NCBI GenBank assembly: GCA_951406725.2
Contig: OX597817.1
Span: 37,076,001 to 37,140,000 of the forward strand
DNA length: 64,000 nucleotides
Source of the DNA: Octopus vulgaris
Taxonomy: Eukaryota
Reading direction: 5' to 3'
Part shown: piece by piece, positions 54,112-64,000 of the stretch
Position numbering within the stretch: position 1 is the stretch's first letter
Layout of the letters: each line of letters opens with the position of its first letter
Notes under the pieces: generated by a model
Databases searched by the model: none
Seen by the model: the letters and a program-made list of their open reading frames with translations, nothing else
Told to the model about the DNA's origin: nothing
Position numbers and translations under genes: made by a program

Positions 54112-54535
54112 TTATCTACTCTAGGTACAAGGCTCGAAACTCTTGGGGAGGGGGACAGTTGATTAGATCGGCCTCAGTAAGAAACTGGTATTTAATAATA
54201 TCGACCCAGAAAGGATGAAAAGTCGACCTCTTTGGAATTTGAACTCAGAACATAAAGACAGACGAAACCCGCTAAGCATTTCGCCCGGCGTGCTAACTTT
54301 TCTGCCAGTTCCTTTATAAATTATATTCTTTTCTACTCTAGGCATAAAGCCCTAAACTTTTGTGGAGGGGACCAGTCGATTAGATCGACCCCAATATGTA
54401 ACTGGTACTTAATTTATCGACCTCGAAAGGATGAAAAGCAAAGTCAACCTCTGCGGAATTTGAACTCAGAACGTAAAGACAAACGAAAAACCGCTAAGCA
54501 TTTTGCCCGGCGTGCTAACGTTTCTGCCAATTCCT
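54112..54535 (-). mobile_element. Two tandem SINE family C copies (alternative-tail variant)
   Basis: Units at ~54112-54313 and ~54325-54535, each TCTACTCTAGG...GGATGAAAAG..GGAATTTGAACTCAGAAC..CGCTAAGCATTT..GCGTGCTAAC..TCTGCCA. Confidence 0.9.
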
Positions 54536-55269
54536 TTATAAATTATATTACAAAAATACGTATTGAATCATTTTATAATAAACTGTATTAAATTCTATTA
54601 ACTTTCATTTGTTACTCATTATTGATTTGCATTTGAAAAATGTGCCAAGAGAAATAATTAAGGCTGGCCAGTGGCATGTATTTAGACAACATAGGCCAAT
54701 GCAGGTATATCAAATGTCCTACAACATAAATTCTTGAATTATTAAAACTTTCTGCGCCTCCAAACGAAGTGTCATAATTACCAAATGCAGACACGCGCAG
54801 TCGCACATATGTATGTGTGTACCAATTGCACTCATAATTTCCCCAGCGGATTACAATTCAAGCTATAAGCTGAACGCAACACATTCCGACAAATCTATTA
54901 AGATGCATAATACCACAAAGTGGAATTTAGCAACAATTTAGATTATTTAGAGCTGCGACAATTATGAAAAGAGAGCTAAACGACCCAGAGCAAAAAAACG
55001 CATAAAACAAGCATATATAAATATCAAGTTATCGCTGGGGTAGTCCTGTTTACGCGAAGAGAATTTGAAGATTGCTGAGTCAGATGACTTCAATAAATGA
55101 GGCTGAAGTATTTGCTCGACGGTGCTAGCAAGTGCAAGTTGGCTTTTATTGGCCTCTATTCAAAGTGAATCAGGATGTAAATCGGATGAAATGAATGGAA
55201 AACATTTCTCATGAAATTACTTATCACTTGAAAGAACTCAACTATAAGGTAAGGAGAAATTATCGCAGC

Positions 55270-55374
<105 letters not shown>

Positions 55375-57891
55375 TATAAATATATAGACTGAAGGCACCA
55401 TTTTCAGACTGATCTAATCTAAATTTTTGGAAAATGGTTTATATAAGTTAGGATATTGATAACCGTGATGTTAGTTACAGAATAACTATAGAACAGAATG
55501 AAACTACTAAATTTTATTAAATAAACTGGTGGGAAAATTATCTATATGGGGCAAGCTGTTTTTCTAAGAACTTTCTATTCTAACGATAATGCTCTGCATT
55601 CTAGCTCACTGCGTTGTAGCTTCAGCAAAAGTGCCTCCTGCAGTAGTCTTCTGTTCCCCAAGGTGTTGTGTGTGAATATGGAAACTGTGCAGAAGTCTAT
55701 CGTATTGATATATACATATATTTATTCATGTACATATGCTTATATATATATATATATATATCGTTATTTTGTACTACTTTATATACACGCACACACACAC
55801 ACACACACACTTATATGGTATGAATGAAGAGAAGACGGGCGAGTGTGCCTGAATGTCTCCAAGACTGTGAACTTTGCTAAAGGCTTTCAGTAACCAGATG
55901 ATAATGTTGAATCGAAATACGGATTAAGTCTACCACCCTTAAAGAAGAAATGGTGCCCCGACCGGCTTCCACTTATTTTCCTCGTACCAACTTTAGTTAA
56001 AAAGCCTTGTTTGACCTGAGACTATAGTAACAAAGATTTCTTTGCGATGCTGCATAACAGGATCGAACCCGAAATCTCGCAGTAGCGTAACAGTCATATT
56101 AACGTTATAGCCACATTTTGACCCTTGTTGTTTTTATCCTGCACATTTAGCATGTTTAATCTGCGTAAGATAAATTTTTCACAAATGGACGTTATTTCTG
56201 TAATTACGATAAATATAAGAAAGGTGAGTGGGATTTTATTTAGCTGTTTCCTTATATTTCAATAGAGCAGTCCCTATACCTCTTTGTCCAAAAGCTTTAA
56301 AATACTCAACGTCTGAATCAATGGTTTCTTCTACATTGTTTTTGGCATAACATCCAATGCTCTTTTATATAGGAACTATTGCATTACCTCACACAGACAG
56401 CTTCAATTACAGCTAGCTCAAGAAGTTCTGTTCAATTTACAGGTCGCACATGTTAAAAAAGATGAACTTTAAAGACGACAATTTTTTCATTTATGTGCAG
56501 TCAACATTTACGAGTAATATACTGGTGACAGCTATAATTATTTTCTATATACCTTACAAAAGTTGCTTGTGTATTGAAATATCCGGTATTCTTCTTGGAG
56601 ATGTCTTATGAGTACTGTTGCCAAATCCGATTCTAAATATGAATTTGAGAATAGTTGTCTTCGGAATTTGACAGTCAAAATATCCTGTATCTGTATAAAA
56701 CAGTGTCTACCGGTAGGCCGATATCATGAACATGGTTTCACTTCCATAGAAACTTATTTCAATTCTTTTACTTCGTCTTTCATTTTGCCGCACACTATAA
56801 TCTTGTAACTAATTAAAACATGCTTGTAATTCATTTTATTTACACAAATGATCGATTTAAACTAGAATATCACAAAATATCCGAGTATGATTAATCCTTC
56901 TTTTCTGACAATTCATATATTTTTAAAGACGATAGATTTAGCAGGCATAGCCTCACCACGCTCTCAATTTAGTATCAGCTGAAGTAAAAACTGACCCGAC
57001 GATGTATTGAACTCAGCTAGTAAGAACTAAGTACCTATCTTGTGAAAGTGTTTCGTTGTCCCAGGATTTTCATTCCATCTTCTTCAGTTCACTAATTGTT
57101 GAGAAATGGTTAGAAGTATCATGGAAATGTTACCGTTCTGGAGTGTTGCCCATCCAAAGGAAGATTTATATCACATTTACTAGAACATAATAAATCCCAA
57201 ACCATGCTTCAATTTTATTAAATTCTCTTGGACGTAGCAACACTACGCTTTCAGTTTAATTATTTTTTCTAAATTCTCTTTACGTCTCTTACACCATAAC
57301 ATATGTAAGTAATTGACTGTATATTTTGGAAGCAATAAATGTGTGTGTGTCTACCTGTTAACACTCAGACGTTAACTACATAAACCAATCATCATCAGAT
57401 GTTTTTGAATTGTTGGATACAGAAAACACGCCTTGTACATGTCGACATTTTTTTCTCACAAATTTCTGCCCGAAAATTAATTTAATAGTCGTCATCAGAT
57501 TGACTATTCACCTTTCTCTATTAGAAAACAATATTTAATCGTTCATCGTTATAAGGTTGGAATGTACAACAAAATTGCTAAAACGTGATATGTATAGCAA
57601 GAGAGTTCTAAAATTAACTTTATACAGCAAAGACACCGCATCAATCAAGCAACTATTTTTTCTCGTTTATGTTCTAAACATTTGTCTCTTAAACTTTGGA
57701 AAGCTACAACATTACAGTCAGCAGTAGTCTCTGTTTTGGCTTTATTTATTTTTGGTTTTGATTTTCGTTTTCGTTTCGATTCTTCATAACAGGCTTTTTT
57801 TGCCAGCACCTTGAGTCATTATATTATTTATTCATAGCCACCTAAATTAGTTGGCTTTTCATCTACGTTCTCACAACCATATCTCTTACAG

Positions 57892-58032
57892 TATATCTAT
57901 TTACCCATCTAATTTACTCACCCAATTACCTTTCCGTGTAATTATTTTCTCTTACTCTGTGTATTGATTTCTGTTTATATTCGTCTCTCACTATTACTTA
58001 TGCATTTCTTTTCCTTTTATTTTCAGGTAAGT
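57892..58032 (+). promoter_or_regulatory. Candidate recursive splice site (3' splice site abutting a 5' splice site)
   Basis: A 133-nt AG-free pyrimidine-rich tract (57892-58024) ends TTTCTTTTCCTTTTATTTTCAG and is immediately followed by GTAAGT (58027-58032). Confidence 0.55.
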
Positions 58033-58431
58033 ACATTTAAAAGTGTCTCTAACCCAAAATTCTGCGAACAACAGTCGGCTCTGTAAAATGATATTCCCAT
58101 TCTCGAAACGCAAAGTGAAACGAAAGTAATTATAATTTTTTCTTTATCATTATTATCTTTATTATATTCAGCTGGATATAGCAGGTTGTAGCTAAATATA
58201 ACGACACATACAGTTAGTTAGAGTTGGCTGTCGTCAGATTTAGCAAGGGAGATCTAAATATAAACATTTGTAGTTAGATATTATGGTATGTCCTAAGATG
58301 AAGCAAAATATGGTTTGTTTATATATATATATAATGTATATGTATGTATGTATGCATGTATGTATGTATGTATGTATGTATGTATGTATGTATGTATGTA
58401 TGTGTGCGTGAACGCGCACGTCTGTGTATGT

Positions 58432-58605
58432 GTGGAGCATGGATTAGAGCATGGATCGCAAGATTGTCGTTTCGATTCCATTACCTGGCAAAAACGAGTA
58501 ATCCCTGAGACAGACCAGCATCCAGTCCAGTAGGGGCAGGAATATATATGCCCAGAATCAGGGAAACCGGTCATATGAGCCTATAGCTCTGAAAGGACCT
58601 TTCAT
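58432..58605 (+). mobile_element. Degenerate, internally deleted SINE family D copy
   Basis: GTGGAGCATGGATTAGAGC..TTTCGATTCC..CAGGGAAACCGGTCATATGAGCCT resembles the family D head and tail. Confidence 0.6.
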
Positions 58606-59130
58606 TTTTTTTTGTGGCATATATGTATATATGTATGTAATATATGTATATCGTCACTCAATGCCGTGTTTATATCCAGTTTTACAGATAGTTTGCATTG
58701 AATAGTATCTACATTGTGGTTTTGTTCGTAGAATATTCCATAGTTAGTTTCTTGTTACGAATATTGAAATCATGTTTCTTAACTGAAATTAAATCCCCGC
58801 AAAATTAAGCTGTCCAGTATTGACTTAACTACAATACAATACAGAGCACAGTAGTTTGCAGTGTGTATCATTGTTACAATGCTATTTAGGGCGATTCAGA
58901 ATAGTTGTATTCTCTATGAGTTAAAAATAGTAGTGATTATCTAGAACTCGGAATGTCAAAATGAGAATTCCTATCATAGTCGCACGTTCATTAATTTTAA
59001 TGTTTCAGGAGTCAAGTACAGGTGACATGATGCTGCAGAATTATATTTATTTTTAGGTGTTATCTTATTTATCAAAGAACTTCATGATTTGATATAACTG
59101 TCTGACAGTCTATGTGCATGTCTCTCTGTT

Positions 59131-59199
<69 letters not shown>

Positions 59200-59351
59200 T
59201 TTTATATCAGAAGAAATGAGGTACTCAGAAATTCGGATGGTTTTATAGTTACAGATATTTATTTGTATATTACATGTTTTTATACATCATATAACTTAGA
59301 TCATATATTAGCGCTTTCTCTCATTCTAGTGGGGCATTCAAATTGAACTGT

Positions 59352-59404
<53 letters not shown>

Positions 59405-59406
<2 letters not shown>

Positions 59407-59734
59407 GGCTTTACTGGACCCTTTTGCATCAGAGAAATAACTCATTCTATTTCTCTGTATTTGTCGTCAACTGCTTAAGTGGGACGTTTAAGTTGTCGAT
59501 CTCAACACTTTCGATATATATATATATCTGTCTTTCCATTCACATATACACACAAATCATATATAAGCTGGTTTCACGCTTTAGACTGGAGGAAAGTGTT
59601 CTGCTCATGTACTTTCCAGGCCCCTCGAAAGTGTTGAGATCGACAACTTAAACGTCCCACTTAAGCAGTTGACGACAAATACAGAGAAATAGAATGAGTT
59701 ATTTCTCTGATGCAAAAGGGTCCAGTAAAGCCAT
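59405..59734. repeat. Perfect 110-bp inverted repeat with 110-bp spacer
   Basis: 59405-59514 is the exact reverse complement of 59625-59734 (checked base by base). Confidence 0.95.
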
Positions 59735-61222
59735 TAGGCCAGGAGCTGAAGATGTGAATAGAATATATGTGACAAAATGACAAGAAACGAGTGAGTTGGG
59801 GTAGTCGTAATCAGAGACAGAGAGAAGACAGCAAATTTGTGAGACAGAAGTGGAAGTAGGAATTAGTAAATTGCCAGACAATATAGCAGTGTTTACATTT
59901 TTCAACTTATAAGTTTAAGCAATCTGTAGTTTGATTTGACTTTATCTGTTTCGAAGGTCGATTTTTACTAGTTATATAATGTGGTTCCTTGCCTTGATAC
60001 CATGTAGCTTTGTTGTAAGGTAAGAAACCATAAATGGTCTTTGATGATATCAGTAAAAGTTTGGAGACAAGTTTATATTTATAAGTTAACAATCCAAGTG
60101 AAGTTAGAGGAAGAATTGCAATCAAAAACACCCGAACTAATATTGAAAGACACTATATCACCAAAACTTTGACATTGCGCAGCATTTTCGCCGACATACC
60201 AACAAGAATATGTTCACACTGCAAAATGTTCACAAAACAACAACCAAATCTCCATTAAATGACACCCTGACCGTCTTAAGAAATTATGGTATATTGGATA
60301 ATGCTGTTCTAAAAATGAAAAAGAGACGGTAGTCCCCACTGGAAGTACCTCTGGACTGATATTGCTACGAACTCCAAACAGTAACGTCTCAGTTGCAATA
60401 TGAACTGCACTGCAATGGCCTAACTTTAGAGGCCCCAAAAGAGTTCAATTTGTCTCAAAATCGAACGAGAGTTTCCTCAAACAGGAAACAGCAAAGAGAT
60501 ATAAGAACAATACAAAATCATAGAGTGTCAGGACACTTTCCTATTCACTAATGAATGAAATTAATATGGAACAACAGAATATGTAGAAAGTCAGATGCCT
60601 AGAATAGCATTGAACAAGACAAGGATTCCGTATATGAATATAATTATATAAAGACGATCGTGATCAACCAAAATTCGATTGAATTTCAGCCATAGTTGTA
60701 ATTAGATAAAATCAAATATAGCTTCCGTGGTTAAATTTGATTTACACGTGACTCGAAAAAATATCAATGCCTACTAATGAGATAAATGATACGCACACAC
60801 AGATCAGGATACAAACAAGCAGTTCCCAATCCAGCAAGAAAATTTTTTTTCTTTGTTATGATTTAACTCAATGTGCGATTGAGAAGTTCACGTTTTGCGA
60901 CCGCTTAATTTGGAGTTGAGGTCCACTACGCGGCCTTTTTGGTACGTGATTGTACCATAGCTCCGAACCTGTCAAAGCTATGTGAATATATTTGATGAGA
61001 ACATGTGCAGAAATCCCTTTCATATGCAATCAAATAAAGCCTTTCGATGCGGTGCTCCAGATTGGTCGCCCTCCAATAACTGAAACTAGTAACACGAAGA
61101 AAAGAATAGTATATGTTTTGTTTCTTAACACATGGTTAAACCCCATCTGAAATGTACTTATCAATAATAACTTCTATACTATGCATTATTTAATATCATC
61201 CTGAATACATAATGGTTGGGAA

Positions 61223-61327
<105 letters not shown>

Positions 61328-62451
61328 CGAGAGAGAGAAACAGACAGGCAGACGGAGAGTATGTGTGTAAAACACAGAAAGCACTGACCAATTGTTTTAC
61401 ACGTATGACTCCAGAGAGATCGATGTCTATCTTTTGAATATTTGATCGTATCAATAATATTCTTAAATCATATCCTCTGTGTACGTTCTTCTTTGCATAC
61501 ATACATTAATTTGTATGCTTACAATAATTCACTTATTTCTATGTCATTGCATTGTTTGTTCGGTTTTAATTTTGTGGTTCACTAACGATATAGTGTTAAG
61601 AATTGAAATATCTTATGACTATAATCCATATATAAGTGCATTAGATATTCAAGAATGGAATAGAATATATGTCACGGGAAGAATTTATATCTGGTAACAA
61701 ATATTTCTAATATGAGATGAAAAATAATCTACGTTGTATTTGATGCGCATAAAACCAAAATCTACGATGACAATCTTTCTGAGAGCGTGTATACAAAACA
61801 GGATGTCAAAACAAAATTTAAGAGGGATACTACATTCAACAAGTGTTTGGCCATTGTAAAACTAATAGAAGCGTGATACAAATTTAAGAATTAATGATAT
61901 AACGTTATATATTTACTTAATGGAGGTTTTATAAAAGTGCAAAGGGGTGAGAATATAATCAGAATAGAAGGATATTAAAGTCTGTGAACAACATCGGAAA
62001 ATGAAGAAGAGCTAAATGTATATAAGTTGGGTAAAAGGAAAGTGCCTGACTGTAGGGCTTGAGATTTCCATTAGCGACAAATGCCATTTTAAACACAGTG
62101 AGAAATCAAAGACGCAGTTCATGTATCTCTTGCTGAAAATCTAATTAGTATATCAAAGAAGACAACCACACAATATGGTTGATAGAAATGAGTTTGGATA
62201 TGCCAAACTTTAATGAATGTTGTCGTATAATGGCTAAGATCATTAAACCTGCCCTATACTGCGAATAATGATTCGAAGTACTTAACAATCTAAAATAGAT
62301 GTAAGTAAGAATAGCACACCTGAAAATGATCGATAATATATACTGATGGAAACATCGAGCAGAAAATAGACTAAATACGAAATGTACGTTTCATAGAAGA
62401 ACCTAAACAAAATATTTCTATAGCTGTTTACACTGGTAAGGATATTCTGTC

Positions 62452-62515
<64 letters not shown>

Positions 62516-63149
62516 ACACACACACTTTGTATATATACACACACATATATGAATATTATATATATATATATATATAAACAGACAGATAGATAGATAGATT
62601 CAATAACGAATTAAAAGCACCGCTGGTGGCGTAAACATTATCCACCGCACGCATTATAATGAATCTGTTTTGCTTTTCACCGGTTTGCTGTGGAACGATG
62701 TCTGGAGGCGCGACTGCCTCACCGTGCTTGGTGTTAGAACACCTGAAAGTCATTGACAGGCGAGAGACTCGCTTGCGGTACCATTTAGGAGTGATGGATA
62801 CCGAAATTTCTCCCTTTTTTGCGGCTTATCAACATGACGTACCTGAACCGAATTGTGGACGGCTCGAATCGCAAGTTCATGACTATATACAGATTATGTA
62901 AAGATCCATTCGCTGATATTCTATGGTAGTGCATATTTAAGGTTACATTCAATAACATTAGAAGCATCGCTGGTGTTGTAAGAATTATCGAGCGCACATT
63001 TTCAATGTATGTGTTTTGTTTGTTCACCGATTCGCTGCCAATAGCGTCAGGGAGGTGACTCCTTCATTACGCTGGGTGTTAAGTCCTGAAAGTTATAGGC
63101 AGATCAGAATATATATACACACACACATATATGTATGTATTGCATTTTT

Positions 63150-63370
63150 GTTTTTGGCGCACAAGATTATTAATGTGAACTTGTGCGTTGAAACAGATTT
63201 TGTTGTGCCTCTAGAGGGTCATTATGCCAATAATAAACACACGCACTGGCTTTATTTTACTTATTTACTATTAGTTAATTGGTTCAATATTTAACCAATT
63301 AACGAATAACAAACAAGAGAAATACATCCAGTAAGTATTTATCATTGGCATAATGATCCTCTCGAGATAC
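63150..63370. mobile_element. Fold-back/MITE-like palindromic repeat remnant
   Basis: Outer arms 63213-63240 / 63335-63362 (25 of 28 complementary) and inner arms 63274-63284 / 63293-63303 (11 of 11). Confidence 0.55.
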
Positions 63371-63602
63371 CGAGATACAAAATAGATATGTATTCACAGA
63401 GAAGCGCGCGCACACTCGCTGTGTTTGTATATGTGTATGCGTGTGTATGCGTGTGCGTTTGGTAGTTAATAATTTTAAGAGAATAATACTACAATTTAGA
63501 CATTATAAAGCAATCGAGATATGCATTCTGGTTCCTGAGAGTAAAGAAGAATGCACAGTAGTACTACTTATCGCCCATAAATGTAAACTACGGTTATTTG
63601 TG

Positions 63603-63912
63603 TGGCCCAGTTGTTAGGGCATCGGACTCGGGGTTGGAGGATCGGTTTCGATTCCCAGACTGGACATTGTGTTTGTTTATTGAGCGAAAACACCTAAATG
63701 CTCCACGAGGCTCCGGCAGGGAGTGGTGGCAACTGCTGTTGTACTCTTTCGCCCCAACTTTCTCTCACGCTCTCTTACCGTTTCTTGAGTAACGCTGCGA
63801 TGGACTGGCGTCACGTCCAGCTGGGGGAACACATACACCACAGAAACCGGGAAACCGGGCCCATGGGCGTGGCTAGGCTTGAAAAGGGCAAAAAGAAAAG
63901 AAAAGAAAGAAT
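63603..63912 (+). mobile_element. SINE family D (V-domain-like) with 11-bp TSD
   Basis: Co-linear with 38213-38510; contains CTGCGATGGACTGGCGTCACGTCCAG; TSD GGTTATTTGTG at 63592-63602 and 63913-63923. Confidence 0.9.
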
Positions 63913-64000
63913 GGTTATTTGTGGGCATTGGGCGCACATATAAGGTCTAAACCAACCTTCTATTTTACAGCCCGAAGTTATTTTGCTTCTTATTGTGGGT

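Overview
This is AT-rich eukaryotic non-coding DNA, dense with microsatellites ((TA)n, (CA)n, (GATA)n, (TATG)n). It carries many copies of at least five tRNA-headed SINE families whose architecture resembles those of octopus/coleoid cephalopod genomes (taxon is my inference). I see no intact protein-coding gene; almost all listed ORFs are microsatellite or SINE read-through. Transposon fossils recognisable by translation are an R4/Dong-like RLE LINE (5.2-6.9 kb), an RTE RT fragment (2.3 kb), a mariner transposase relic (20.0-20.5 kb), a Penelope-like element with RT C-terminus and GIY-YIG domain (21.0-22.2 kb), a CR1-group LINE 3' end (34.1-34.3 kb) and a Helitron-like non-autonomous end (27.2-27.6 kb). 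The most interesting signals are all on the + strand and together suggest a giant intron: a candidate recursive splice site (133-nt AG-free pyrimidine tract then CAG|GTAAGT at 58026/58027), a candidate 3-nt ATG microexon (42167-42169), and a minisatellite about 350 nt upstream of it carrying 26 copies of the RBFOX motif TGCATG. Also notable are two degenerate minimal hammerhead ribozymes, a SINE array apparently built by repeated insertion at one site inside the SINE itself, and a perfect 110-bp inverted repeat. All calls are by eye; boundaries of degenerate elements are approximate.
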